Below are positions 47,370 through 58,006 of a stretch of 64,000 bases of DNA, piece by piece; position 1 is the stretch's first letter; the number at the start of each line of letters is the position of its first letter. The notes under the pieces were generated by a model. The model was not told where the DNA came from, searched no databases, and saw nothing but the letters and a program-made list of their open reading frames with translations. The position numbers and the translations under genes were made by a program. Source of the DNA: an uncultured virus (IMG/VR IMGVR_UViG_3300031802_000001) (taxonomy: Duplodnaviria > Heunggongvirae > Uroviricota > Caudoviricetes); IMG/VR virus record IMGVR_UViG_3300031802_000001; one strand, given 5' to 3'.

Positions 47370-48611
47370 TTAGATAACATCATCTTTATCTTTTTCTTCG
47401 TCATCCGACTCACTCTCATTGTCTTTCACTTGTTCTGCTACTTCGGCTTTTCTAGACTCTTCGGCAATCTGCTCAGCAGTTGCCCCAGCGTCAACTTTAC
47501 CATATAACTCTACAAATGAATTCTTTGTATCATCATCAAATCTATTAGTACAAACTTCAATAGCTTTTTGTTTATCATTAAAGATAGTATATGCTTGTAT
47601 GATATGTACCAATCTTCTTGTTGAGATAATCTCATCAACACCGCCATCAAAATAAGTTTTTCTGATAACGTCTGCCCAAGTCACTAGTTTTTGGCAAAAA
47701 TCTTTATTCTTTTTACCACTTTTTTCCAGATTTTTAATTAAGATTTTTTCTTCTATCTTAACACTTGGATATTTTTGTTCAAATGTGATTGGAAATCTTT
47801 CCAAAAATGCTTCATTAAGAACATTAGTTCCGATAAACTTACCGTCTTCCGAACCTTGTCCTTTAGTGTTAGCAGTTGCTATCACATTGAATCCCTTTAA
47901 AGGTTTTATGTACTTATTAATCTTCTTAACAAAGATTCCAGACCCTTCAAGAATTGGTTGTAAACACATTATCTTATTACTTGCTAAGTCTATCTCATCA
48001 AGTAAAAGCATTGCGCCTCTTTCCATTGCTTCTATAACAGGACCATTTTGCCATACAGTTTGACCTTCTCTTAATCTATAACCGCCTAACAAATCATCCT
48101 CGTCTGTTTCTATTGTTACGTTAACTCTAATAAGTTCACGTCTGTTTTCGGCACACGCTTGAGTGACTCCCAAGGTTTTACCATTTCCTGACAATCCTGT
48201 AATAAAAACTGGATAAAACATTCCAGATTTTATAATAGATTTTAAATCAGGTTGATTACCAAATGATACAAATGTTGATTCCTTTTTAGGAACAATATCG
48301 CCTGTTAAAGATGAAACAATATAAGCAGCTTCGCTGACTTTATTATCCTTTTCTTCAACAACTTTAGGTTTAGATACTACTTCTTTTTTATCTACAACCT
48401 TATCATCTATGTTTGGTAATTTAAACAAACCCCTACCAATTTTGTAGTGTTTATTTTTTGTTAACCATTGTGGAGCATATGCATAACCAAATTCTTTATT
48501 GGCAGCTTTCAACTCATTTTTAGTTAACTCATCTTTGCCATACATTTTTAATGCGTGTATTACAAAGTCTTTTTGTTTTTGATTTAACATAGTGTTTTCA
48601 CGTCCTTTCAT
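47370..48611 (-). CDS. MoxR/CobS-like AAA+ ATPase
   Basis: GLSGNGKT, LLLDEID, ATANTKG and NEAFLERF. Confidence 0.9.
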   Translation of the reverse strand: MKGRENTMLNQKQKDFVIHALKMYGKDELTKNELKAANKEFGYAYAPQWLTKNKHYKIGRGLFKLPNIDDKVVDKKEVVSKPKVVEEKDNKVSEAAYIVSSLTGDIVPKKESTFVSFGNQPDLKSIIKSGMFYPVFITGLSGNGKTLGVTQACAENRRELIRVNVTIETDEDDLLGGYRLREGQTVWQNGPVIEAMERGAMLLLDEIDLASNKIMCLQPILEGSGIFVKKINKYIKPLKGFNVIATANTKGQGSEDGKFIGTNVLNEAFLERFPITFEQKYPSVKIEEKILIKNLEKSGKKNKDFCQKLVTWADVIRKTYFDGGVDEIISTRRLVHIIQAYTIFNDKQKAIEVCTNRFDDDTKNSFVELYGKVDAGATAEQIAEESRKAEVAEQVKDNESESDDEEKDKDDVI

Positions 48612-48625
48612 ATTGTTATAGGTAT

Positions 48626-48654
48626 ATTATAAAGGACTTTTTGATAAAAGTCAA
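48626..48654 (-). promoter_or_regulatory. Sigma70-like early promoter
   Basis: TTGACT-N17-TATAAT. Confidence 0.75.
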
Positions 48655-48694
48655 CCCATAAAATACCCTTATTTTTCAATGTTTTTTTCATTAT

Positions 48695-51037
48695 TTAAGC
48701 AACCTCCGCTATAAATTTGTTTAAAAGTACTCTTGAAACTAAACGATTCTTCATAGATTTTCCGAAGATTCTTTTTAGTTCGCCTTTTGTTCCTTGTTTG
48801 ATTTTTGCTGTTTGCAAATCAAAATTCTCTACTCTTAATGCTCTTCCGTCTAATAAGAAATACTTGTCATATCCTTTACTTGGAACATCAACACTTTTTT
48901 CTTTAGTCATTTGTTTTCTTAATTTGTGTATTCTATTTTCTTTGTCTGACCAATCTTTATAATCTTCAATAAATTTTTCAATATCCCAACGTCTAACTCT
49001 TTTAAGTATATAAAATCCTATATTTGTTACTCCCCAAGAATTTTTTAAAATTTCTAATAACATTGATGTAAGTTCTCCAGAATAACGACCAGGTATATAT
49101 CTTTTCTTTTTATGTTCTATAACTACTTGATTATCATAATCAATATGTTTAGGTGCCCAAGTTCTACCTTGTTTTTTCATTTGTTTAAGTTCTAATTTAT
49201 CAACTACATCCTCTTCCTTTAAATCTGCTATATCTACTATCTGATTATTTCTAAAACTGTTAGCACCGCCGTCTGTTAATGTTATAAACGTAAGTTTTTC
49301 AACAGCATATTTTTTCTGAAATCTAGGTATCAATGTATTACATAAAATTAATGCTTCATTTAATGGAGTATTTCCTAAATTATATTGGTCTGGCATACCG
49401 TAATTTGTTCCTTGTGATATTTCAAGCGAATCTCTTCTTGACCATCTAGTATCATAATCTTTTGCCATATGATATAAGTATGTTAATGATTCTTCTAATT
49501 CAGTTTTTGACATTCTATGACTAGCACAATTTACTAGTTTAAATTCATCAAAACATAAGTCACCTGGTTTATAATTCCAAAATGGTTTTTCTTTATTTTT
49601 TTCTTCTTGTGATTTTCTCCAACTTCTTTCACTTGTAAAGAAATAAACCTCATAAGGTATATTAACTTTAGTAACAAAATCTATAAGGTTAATTAATTGT
49701 TCTACAGTATTCATTAAACAATCACTCATTGAACCTGACCAATCAAGTAACATTATCATACCGTGGTTTTTACCATCTGGTATAATAGTCATCTTTTTAA
49801 ATATGTCTTCACTAAATTTATAATCTTTTAATTTTTGAGGATCAATAACTCCAGTTTTATCTGTACTTGCTCTTTTATAAGCAGTAGCAGCTTTTTTCAT
49901 TTCAAATTCTTTAACAAGATACATAACTGTCTTTTTATTTTTTTTTCTAAATGTTTTAAATTTATCTTTTATCCATAATTGATATTCTGGAACAGAATCC
50001 CATTGTTTTCTAGCAGTACTAATATGATTTCTAAAGTCTTTTAAAAATGTTTTATATGAAGTTAAACACATATCAAGATTAGGTTCTGGTAATTTACCAT
50101 AAAAATAACTTGTTTTTTTATCTAACAATGAATCTTTTTTCTGTTCAAAAGAATCATTAGTAATTGATTTTAATTTCTTTTTAGGGTGTTCACCGCCAGC
50201 ACCTTTAGCGTGTTTAGTTGGTTCTGCTTTTTTAATATCTGTATCATCTTTATCTTTTTTTTCATCACTATCAGCAGTATTATTTTGTTCATTTAAATCA
50301 TCTTTTTTCTTATCTTCTTCCGACTCTTTAGACTCACCATCACTCATTTCTTTTTCATTTGATTTGCCTTCACCTTCTGATTGGTCTTCAGGTGGTTTAT
50401 CATCTAAATCATAATTTACTGTTATTGGATGGTCATCAAAATTTGGTAATTTCTTCATTTGGTCTACTTGTTTTTTCTGCCAATTAAGCATTTCTTTAGC
50501 AACTCTAACAACATCTGTAAATGATTTAATTGCGTCAACTTTTTTCAACCATTGTTTTGCTTTATTATCAAATATAAATGGCAATCTATCACTTGATTTT
50601 GACCTAATATTAATCTTATCAATTATCATTAAATCTTTGTTTATATCTTTACCCTTTAAAGCAAAGAAGTTTTGTTTTTCTAATATATCAAATCCGCTGA
50701 TATAATTTCTAACAACTCCTGGGTATTTTTTTTGAATTTTTTTATCTATTCTTGTATCTTCTAATACATTAACGTAAGTTCTTAACTCATCATCATCTTG
50801 AATTTTTTTCCAACCACCTTGTGGTGTAAATAATGCGTGGGCACATTCGTGAGCAATCAACATATCATATACATCACCTGATTGTTCTTTAAATATAGGG
50901 AGAGTTAATACACGAGTCTTTGTATTAAAACTCGCTGTTGATACGTTGTTATGTTGTATGATTATATTTTCTGTTGCAAGTAGTTTTGCTAACTGACTTT
51001 TAGTGTCTAAATTAATTGTAGTGTGTCCCTTTGTCAT
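48695..51037 (-). CDS. CobT-like protein: HExxH domain, acidic linker and VWA domain
   Basis: AHECAHAL, NVLEDTRI; MIDAS DWSGS, NTPLNEA and LTDG. Confidence 0.85.
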   Translation of the reverse strand: MTKGHTTINLDTKSQLAKLLATENIIIQHNNVSTASFNTKTRVLTLPIFKEQSGDVYDMLIAHECAHALFTPQGGWKKIQDDDELRTYVNVLEDTRIDKKIQKKYPGVVRNYISGFDILEKQNFFALKGKDINKDLMIIDKINIRSKSSDRLPFIFDNKAKQWLKKVDAIKSFTDVVRVAKEMLNWQKKQVDQMKKLPNFDDHPITVNYDLDDKPPEDQSEGEGKSNEKEMSDGESKESEEDKKKDDLNEQNNTADSDEKKDKDDTDIKKAEPTKHAKGAGGEHPKKKLKSITNDSFEQKKDSLLDKKTSYFYGKLPEPNLDMCLTSYKTFLKDFRNHISTARKQWDSVPEYQLWIKDKFKTFRKKNKKTVMYLVKEFEMKKAATAYKRASTDKTGVIDPQKLKDYKFSEDIFKKMTIIPDGKNHGMIMLLDWSGSMSDCLMNTVEQLINLIDFVTKVNIPYEVYFFTSERSWRKSQEEKNKEKPFWNYKPGDLCFDEFKLVNCASHRMSKTELEESLTYLYHMAKDYDTRWSRRDSLEISQGTNYGMPDQYNLGNTPLNEALILCNTLIPRFQKKYAVEKLTFITLTDGGANSFRNNQIVDIADLKEEDVVDKLELKQMKKQGRTWAPKHIDYDNQVVIEHKKKRYIPGRYSGELTSMLLEILKNSWGVTNIGFYILKRVRRWDIEKFIEDYKDWSDKENRIHKLRKQMTKEKSVDVPSKGYDKYFLLDGRALRVENFDLQTAKIKQGTKGELKRIFGKSMKNRLVSRVLLNKFIAEVA

Positions 51038-51048
51038 TTTCTATACTA

Positions 51049-51077
51049 ATCCTATCACCATTCAATATAAAAGTCAA
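51049..51077 (-). promoter_or_regulatory. Sigma70-like early promoter
   Basis: TTGACT-N17-TAGGAT. Confidence 0.6.
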
Positions 51078-51112
51078 GCTCTAAAAAGCCTTGATTTATA
51101 AGGGTTTTTTGA

Positions 51113-52267
51113 CTATTTTTTCTGGAAAATGAAAACTGGCTCGTATTTTGCACCAGATTCTTGCGAGGATAACTGTAATTTATACGTATCCGTATGTTCA
51201 AATCCTTCTTCTACAGCGATTCGTACTGTATCATCTTCAAAGGTTTTATGTGTTTTAATGTTCGCTACATTTAACCCCATATGTCTACCTTTTTTTAATC
51301 CTATATATGCATTTTGTATTGTTGTTCTTAAAAATCCATTGTTCCACGCTTCAGCACCATCATATTGTTTAAATGATTGTCCATCTTCTTCACCATATTG
51401 TTCCCAATTAAAATAAGGTGGACTTGTAAATGCAAAATCTAAACTATTTTCTTTTGGAACAAATGTTTCACTACCACACTTGTTTAAAAAGTAGTGTCTA
51501 TTATCTCTACCAAAATCTTTCCTAATCTCTTTTAATCCTTTAAACGTTTTTTCTGCTGGATCAGTACCTATATAATTAATATCTGATATAATAGCACCTA
51601 ATATACGACCACCATATCCCATTGACATATCCCATACCATAGCACCTGGAAATGCAAAATGTGAGTATAAACACGCCGCCGCTGTAGGTCTAAAATTAGA
51701 TACACATTGAGTTCCTGTATATCTTCTTAATAAAGACCTCATTATACTTTCTGATTTATGTTTTGAATCACCACCTGCGTCTAAATCATTATCAAACAAA
51801 TTTGCCATAACAGGCATTAAATCATTAGGCTTGAATTTACCAAAGAAACTTCCTGTTAGTAATTTTTTAATACCTTTTTTAAAGTGTTCTTCACTTTCAT
51901 ATATCTCCATAGGAGTTTTCATCTTACCACATCTAATACCAAAACTATGTGGCATATATGACCACGCTAAAGATAGACCTGTTTGATTTGGTTTAATAAC
52001 TTTATCTTGCGTTAATAACCCTTTAAAATCTGTAGATTGTAATGTTTTAAATTGGGATTCTCTATACTGTTTATCTGTAGCATAATAAGGAAAACCTCTC
52101 TCTTGCCAATAAGAATATACCTCGTCTATATTAGATTGTAATTGTTCTTCATTTTCAATCACACCTTTTAGATTGCCCTTACTAGTAATATGTTCCTCTC
52201 CTAATACAGTAACACCAAATTGTTCTAAAGCATTTTTAGTATCAGTTCTATTTGTTAACTTTTTCAT
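51113..52267 (-). CDS. Amino-type DNA methyltransferase-like protein (same family as 32906..34144)
   Basis: SNFRP, WDMSMGYGGR and FTSPPYF. Confidence 0.8.
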   Translation of the reverse strand: MKKLTNRTDTKNALEQFGVTVLGEEHITSKGNLKGVIENEEQLQSNIDEVYSYWQERGFPYYATDKQYRESQFKTLQSTDFKGLLTQDKVIKPNQTGLSLAWSYMPHSFGIRCGKMKTPMEIYESEEHFKKGIKKLLTGSFFGKFKPNDLMPVMANLFDNDLDAGGDSKHKSESIMRSLLRRYTGTQCVSNFRPTAAACLYSHFAFPGAMVWDMSMGYGGRILGAIISDINYIGTDPAEKTFKGLKEIRKDFGRDNRHYFLNKCGSETFVPKENSLDFAFTSPPYFNWEQYGEEDGQSFKQYDGAEAWNNGFLRTTIQNAYIGLKKGRHMGLNVANIKTHKTFEDDTVRIAVEEGFEHTDTYKLQLSSQESGAKYEPVFIFQKK

Positions 52268-52851
52268 CTCTTACCAAACTTTGTTCTTTGCTCCCATACT
52301 TTAAAACTCTTCATTGCTTTCTTTTTTGCCATTTCTAATTTCATTTTACTTGCAAGTTCAGTAAAATTTCTACCTATCATATGGTCATATTCGTGTTGAT
52401 ATATCCTACTTATTTGACCATCTAAATTTCCTTCTTTCAAATCACCCTTTTCATCTGTATATTTTACTATGACTTTTCTTGGTCTTGCTAACGATAAAAA
52501 TAAAAAAGGATATGTTAAACAACCTTCTTTCATTAATACAGTTTCCATACTTGTTGATATAATCATAGGATTAAAACAAGTCATTTTTAAACCTTTTTCT
52601 ACTTGCATATGGTCACCTATTACAAACATATTAAAAGGTAACCCTACTTGATTAGCAGATAATCCTATACCACCATATCTTAACATTGTTTTAAACATAA
52701 GGTCAGATACTTCTTTTCTATCCTTAAAATTATGTTCTTTTAATAAATCATCCGTCCAAGGTGCTATAGATGACCTAACTCTAGGGTCATCTTGTGGTAT
52801 TAATCTTAATTCTCTTTCTTTCTTTTCTTCTTCTAATTTAAATTCTGCCAT
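52264..52851 (-). CDS. def: Peptide deformylase
   Basis: GIGLSANQ, EGCLT and QHEYDH. Confidence 0.95.
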   Translation of the reverse strand: MAEFKLEEEKKERELRLIPQDDPRVRSSIAPWTDDLLKEHNFKDRKEVSDLMFKTMLRYGGIGLSANQVGLPFNMFVIGDHMQVEKGLKMTCFNPMIISTSMETVLMKEGCLTYPFLFLSLARPRKVIVKYTDEKGDLKEGNLDGQISRIYQHEYDHMIGRNFTELASKMKLEMAKKKAMKSFKVWEQRTKFGKR

Positions 52852-52852
52852 A

Positions 52853-54568
52853 TTATATCCTATCTAACACTGTAAAGTTTTGATGTTTTTTATACTTAAC
52901 TATATTTGTAAATTTGTCAAACATAATATCTCCTTTATGTGAAATAATAAAAATATTTTCGTTAGATAATTTTTGTATTATCTTAAAGAAATCATCCGTA
53001 CCTGACATATCTAAACTTGAATCAAATATCTCATCCAATATTAACAAGTTAGTATTTGTACTGTTTTTTAAACGTGCAATTTCTCTCCACGTAAATAATA
53101 AAGAAAGGTCTATTCTCATCTTTTCACCTTCACTAAAATTATTATAATTAAATGTATCTCTAAATCTACTCTTTACTGTTTCATTAAACTCTTCATCTAA
53201 ATAGAATGATACATAAAAATCCATTGCCTGTAAATACTTATTAATTAAGCTATTCATAATAGGTATATACTTTTTAATAATTTGTGCCTTAGCTCCTTTA
53301 TCATTTAATACTTGTCTTAATACATCTTGATACTTTTTATCTTCAATAACTTTATCTAAATCTTCTTTACAAACCTTTAATGAATCTTTCATATCTTGTA
53401 AATCTTTTCTAATCTTTATTATATCAGCATCCTTATTTTGAAACACTTTTAAATCTTCTTCTATATTATCACTATGCAATTTTAAACTTTCTAATGAAGT
53501 TTCTACCTTTGATACATCAACATTTAACCCATATATTTTTTCTGATACTTTATTATATTCACCCACTTTACTTTCCATATTTACAATCTCTTGTAATAAT
53601 TTTTTCATACCTTCTTTTAATGTGTTAATTTTCTTTCTTTCTAGGTCACACTTTTGATGTTTAAAGGTTGGGTGTAATGGTTGTGTACAAGTAGGACACA
53701 CATCATTTTCTTCAAAAAATTTTAAAGATTTTCTATGTCTAGTTAAATTATTCTCAATCTTTGCTTCTAATTTAGATAATGTGGTTGTCTTCATATCAAC
53801 TTTATCTCTATCTTTTACACTCTCTTTTGATGAAATAATATCTTCATTAAGTTCTTTTATTTTCTTTTCAAATGCTAACCGATCCTCTTCATTTTTGTCT
53901 AACACCCTTTTTTTGTGTGTTTGGACGTCTATATCCTTATGGAGAAGAGTATCCAAGTACTTTGCTTCAGTCTGATACTTGGTTTCTATAAGTTCACAAT
54001 GATGGCGAACTTCTGTTATTTTATTCTGTAAATCACTTTGTTGTCCACGTAAGATGTGGTCCATTCTAGTAAATGCTCTTATGTCTAAAATCTCTTCAAC
54101 TACTTCTCTTCTAAAACTTGCTCTCATTTTCATAAATGGTTGATAGGAAGAAGACCCTAATAATACTACTTGACAAAATGACCTATAATTACACCTCATA
54201 ATATTTGTTTCAAGATATTTTTGATAATCAATAGTACTTGCGTCTTGACTTATTAACTCTCCATTACAATGTATTTCAAAAAAGTTAGGTTTAATTCCTC
54301 TTCTAACAATATACTCTTTTGGTCCTACACTAAAATATAATTCAACCTCACAACCACCATTATTAATAGTATTCACCATTTGGTCTTTCTTAATAATACG
54401 AAACGGTCTATTAAATAATGCAAAACATAAAGCGTCTAATAGAGTTGACTTACCACTTCCATTTGAGCCTATAATTAAAGTTAAATGAGATTTATTTAAA
54501 TCAATGACAATTGGAACATTGCCAGTTGATAAAAAATTCTTGTAAGATATTTTCTTAAACTGTATCAT
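52853..54568 (-). CDS. gp46: Recombination endonuclease ATPase subunit (SbcC/Rad50-like)
   Basis: GSNGSGKS, CPTC hook, FSEGEK and LDEIFD. Confidence 0.95.
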   Translation of the reverse strand: MIQFKKISYKNFLSTGNVPIVIDLNKSHLTLIIGSNGSGKSTLLDALCFALFNRPFRIIKKDQMVNTINNGGCEVELYFSVGPKEYIVRRGIKPNFFEIHCNGELISQDASTIDYQKYLETNIMRCNYRSFCQVVLLGSSSYQPFMKMRASFRREVVEEILDIRAFTRMDHILRGQQSDLQNKITEVRHHCELIETKYQTEAKYLDTLLHKDIDVQTHKKRVLDKNEEDRLAFEKKIKELNEDIISSKESVKDRDKVDMKTTTLSKLEAKIENNLTRHRKSLKFFEENDVCPTCTQPLHPTFKHQKCDLERKKINTLKEGMKKLLQEIVNMESKVGEYNKVSEKIYGLNVDVSKVETSLESLKLHSDNIEEDLKVFQNKDADIIKIRKDLQDMKDSLKVCKEDLDKVIEDKKYQDVLRQVLNDKGAKAQIIKKYIPIMNSLINKYLQAMDFYVSFYLDEEFNETVKSRFRDTFNYNNFSEGEKMRIDLSLLFTWREIARLKNSTNTNLLILDEIFDSSLDMSGTDDFFKIIQKLSNENIFIISHKGDIMFDKFTNIVKYKKHQNFTVLDRI

Positions 54569-54604
54569 AATATAATTTATTCACTTTTTAAAAATAATTA
54601 TTTA

Positions 54605-55396
54605 TTATTTCTTTGGACGACCTGCGTCAGCAGCGAGTCCAGCTATATCTTCGGATTCTTGCATTGGTACATCCTGAAGGTTAGGTAGTTCCGCTGTTGA
54701 TTTTTTAGTAGGGTGTATAAAATATAAATTACCAGATACACTTATTCTTTCTCCTGGAGATTTAAAAGGTATTACTTCGTGTCTTGTCTGAGCAGGAAAT
54801 ATCCACATATATCCTTCTTGAGGTAAATATCCGTGGGAATGTTCTGCCCATTGTGGATTAGAATGTTCGCCATAATGAAATAATACACCACCTGGAGCAA
54901 AACTTTTGCCTTCGTATTTTTTTCTTTCTTCATCTAAATTTGGTGTTTTTAAATATATAATCCAAGTTAACATTCCTTTATGTATGTGTTCAGTATTAAA
55001 ATCATTTGCTTTCATATAATTAATCCACAAACCCATTAATGCATATGATTTTGACCAACTTGGTTCTGAATATGTCTGCTTAACCCATTTACAAGTTCCT
55101 TCAACATATTCATTTACATAAGGTTGAAACTCTTGTACGAACCACTTTTTATCTTCCATAGTATAATCTCTTTGGTCAACCATTAAGCCTGCTAGGTGTT
55201 TATTAGCTGAACCTTTTGTTTTTTCTTTGCCTCTTTTTAAAAGTCCATTTATTAATTCTTTATGGGCTTTAAAATGTGCAACATATGGTCCAAAATTTAA
55301 AAATCCTAATGTTTCTATTTTCCTATCGCTACCTTCACCTTCATAAAGCGTGTGACTGCCACCACCACCACCAAAAGGTATATTATTAACTGCCAT
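54605..55396 (-). CDS. 2OG-Fe(II) oxygenase-like protein
   Basis: WINY...EHIH, IFPAQTRHEV and RISVSGN. Confidence 0.75.
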   Translation of the reverse strand: MAVNNIPFGGGGGSHTLYEGEGSDRKIETLGFLNFGPYVAHFKAHKELINGLLKRGKEKTKGSANKHLAGLMVDQRDYTMEDKKWFVQEFQPYVNEYVEGTCKWVKQTYSEPSWSKSYALMGLWINYMKANDFNTEHIHKGMLTWIIYLKTPNLDEERKKYEGKSFAPGGVLFHYGEHSNPQWAEHSHGYLPQEGYMWIFPAQTRHEVIPFKSPGERISVSGNLYFIHPTKKSTAELPNLQDVPMQESEDIAGLAADAGRPKK

Positions 55397-56453
55397 TTTC
55401 TCCTACCTCCGTATATAATTCTTTAGTATAATCTTTTAATTTCTGTTTGTCAAGGTTGGTATCAAGTTGGTCTATATATTTACCTAAAAACGTAAGTGTA
55501 TCTTCACCTTGTTCTAATATATCTTCTCTTACACTAGATGTTACATCTCCTGAATCTTCAAAAATATTTAACTCATATATGTTCAATGTATCATATAGTC
55601 TTGCAACAAACTTATCATACATATCATCATCTGTTTTTTGAGATATAAACATTTTAATAAAACTATTATCATATCTTTCTATATCTAATTTATTATAATC
55701 TGTTTTTGTATCATCATAAACTATTTTCTTAAATATTCTTAATGGGTTAGATATCCTTGTTAACTCTCTTGTTTGTGTATCAAAAATATGAAACCCTTTT
55801 GAGTCTTTATAATCATTCCAAGTTATTTCAAATTGTGTACCTAGATAATAAATATGACCGTCATCTGATTTTTTATGAAAATGTCCTGATATAACTTTTT
55901 CAAATCTTTTAAATACAGCTCTATCTAAACCTTGTTCGTTCATAAATCCTCGGTTCATTTCAAACCCTTTAATTTCTAAATGCCCCATTAAAATTTCAGA
56001 ATTACTATGTTCAATTGCGTGTATAGATTCATCATAAGTTTCATCACATATCCAAGGCATAAACAAAATATTTAAACCATCAAAGGTAACTTCTTTTGGA
56101 TTTGCATAAACCCAAGGTTCATTTACACCATCATATGTTGTACAAAGTTCTGTAATTGCATTTACTTGATTTGTATTCTTATAATATGTATCGTGGTTGC
56201 CTAATATAATATGAGTATCTACCTCTTCTTCCCACAATCGTTTCATAAATTTTTGCCTAAAAAAATTGGCAGTTTTAAAATTTATAAACTTACGTCTATC
56301 AACTACATCTCCTAAATGTATTAATGTTTTTATTTTATGTTTTTTTATAAAAGGAAAAAATATTTCATCATAAAACCTTTGTTGATAATGTGCAAAATGT
56401 GGACTATCATTCCGACAACCAAAATGTGTATCATTTAATAGTGCTATTTTCAT
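55386..56453 (-). CDS. gp47: Recombination endonuclease nuclease subunit (SbcD/Mre11-like)
   Basis: DTHFG, GDVVD, GNHD and SGHFH. Confidence 0.95.
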   Translation of the reverse strand: MKIALLNDTHFGCRNDSPHFAHYQQRFYDEIFFPFIKKHKIKTLIHLGDVVDRRKFINFKTANFFRQKFMKRLWEEEVDTHIILGNHDTYYKNTNQVNAITELCTTYDGVNEPWVYANPKEVTFDGLNILFMPWICDETYDESIHAIEHSNSEILMGHLEIKGFEMNRGFMNEQGLDRAVFKRFEKVISGHFHKKSDDGHIYYLGTQFEITWNDYKDSKGFHIFDTQTRELTRISNPLRIFKKIVYDDTKTDYNKLDIERYDNSFIKMFISQKTDDDMYDKFVARLYDTLNIYELNIFEDSGDVTSSVREDILEQGEDTLTFLGKYIDQLDTNLDKQKLKDYTKELYTEVGENGS

Positions 56454-58006
56454 TGATAATAATTTTCTAATATAAAGTCGTGATAACTTTGATACTTTTC
56501 AGCTGCTTTATTCCACATTTCTTTACGTTTATCTAATTTATTCATATACGGTTCCATAAATTCTTTTATTTCTTCTTCAGTCTTATGTGTAAGATATACT
56601 AAATTAGGTAAATCTTGTGGTGCCCAATTGAAACCAGCCGCTATATAATGTAATCCACTATTACCAGCCTTTTCAGGAGGGTCCACAGTATATTCCCAAT
56701 TAACAGTTCTTTGTAAAGCAATTGCTAAATATCCTTGCAAAATTTTAGCTTTCATAGTAACTAAACTTTCTTCCCAATCTCTATTGTTATTTGCTTTCCA
56801 ATATTCAGTATCATTTCTTGTTGATAAAGAATAATGCAACCCAACAAATTCAGCAAACCCATAATAGATAGTTTTACAGGCAAATGTGAAGTTGTCTTTG
56901 TCCCATTGTGTAATTTCACCTCTTCTTAAATTTCTTACAAGTGCTATTAAAAATTCGTGTATTGAAAACAAACCATTACTTTCTAATGGTTCAATAAATC
57001 CATTAGCTAAACCTATAGCAACAACATTTTTTACAAATAATCTATGGTATATACCACACTTCATTTTAATGTTTCTAAATTCGTGTTTTTCAGTACCAAA
57101 CCCAGGTCGTACCTTTGCTAAATGATTTTTAAATTCTTTTAAAGCAGTTTTATCATCTACAAATTTATCTGAATAAACATAACCTGCACCAACTCTACTC
57201 CACAATGGTATATTCCATACCCAGCCATTTTCTATTGCTGTGCAATTAGTAAAAGATTCCACTTCTTTAGTTTTATCTACATAAGGTATCTTGGTTACCC
57301 ACGCTTTATTATTTGGTAGTTTAGGGATAGGTTCAAAAGGTTCTTTTAATGCACCTCCTAAAAGCATTGATTTAAAACCTGTACAATCAACAAATAAATC
57401 TGCTTTATGTTTGTTTAAGGAAACAATACCATTTTCATCTTGTTTAATATCTTTTACATCTTCTTGAATATATTTGACACCTCTAGGGATACAATAATGA
57501 TCCTTTAACCATAGACCAAATTTAATTGCGTCAAACTGATAAGCAGAATCAGTTGATGTATCAAAACCATAGAATTTATTAGCACCCTTACTTTGATTAA
57601 CTAGTGCCATAACAGAAGAAAAACAATCAGCATAATCTGAAACTGGTGTTTTTGGATAAAATTCCTTTTTAATCCACCAATCATTATAATTTAATTTAGT
57701 TCCTTCTATGGCAGGAATACCAAAAGGATAGTGAAACGGCGCCTCGCCTTTTCCATTAAAGTCTGTAAACTTAATACTAAATTTAATAGTGCCATCTGTA
57801 TGTTTTAAAAATTCTTTATCATCTATTCCTAGATAATGTGTCCATTGTTTAACTTTTGATATTGTGCTTTCACCAACTGATATTGTAGGAACTTTAGGTG
57901 ATTCTAATACAGTTATATCTTTATCAGGAAAAGCTCTTATTAAAGTTGAAGCTGTCATCCAACCAGCGGAACCTCCTCCGACTATTAAAATCTTATCACA
58001 TTTCAT
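56450..58006 (-). CDS. Tryptophan halogenase-like flavoprotein
   Basis: GGGSAG, VGEST, WVWNIP and FIEPLESNG. Confidence 0.9.
   Translation of the reverse strand: MKCDKILIVGGGSAGWMTASTLIRAFPDKDITVLESPKVPTISVGESTISKVKQWTHYLGIDDKEFLKHTDGTIKFSIKFTDFNGKGEAPFHYPFGIPAIEGTKLNYNDWWIKKEFYPKTPVSDYADCFSSVMALVNQSKGANKFYGFDTSTDSAYQFDAIKFGLWLKDHYCIPRGVKYIQEDVKDIKQDENGIVSLNKHKADLFVDCTGFKSMLLGGALKEPFEPIPKLPNNKAWVTKIPYVDKTKEVESFTNCTAIENGWVWNIPLWSRVGAGYVYSDKFVDDKTALKEFKNHLAKVRPGFGTEKHEFRNIKMKCGIYHRLFVKNVVAIGLANGFIEPLESNGLFSIHEFLIALVRNLRRGEITQWDKDNFTFACKTIYYGFAEFVGLHYSLSTRNDTEYWKANNNRDWEESLVTMKAKILQGYLAIALQRTVNWEYTVDPPEKAGNSGLHYIAAGFNWAPQDLPNLVYLTHKTEEEIKEFMEPYMNKLDKRKEMWNKAAEKYQSYHDFILENYYQ

Noticed and set aside
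47370..51037. Cobalamin biosynthesis (cobS/cobT)
   Set aside because: No cobN or other cob genes are present; a MoxR-VWA chaperone pair is the more supportable reading
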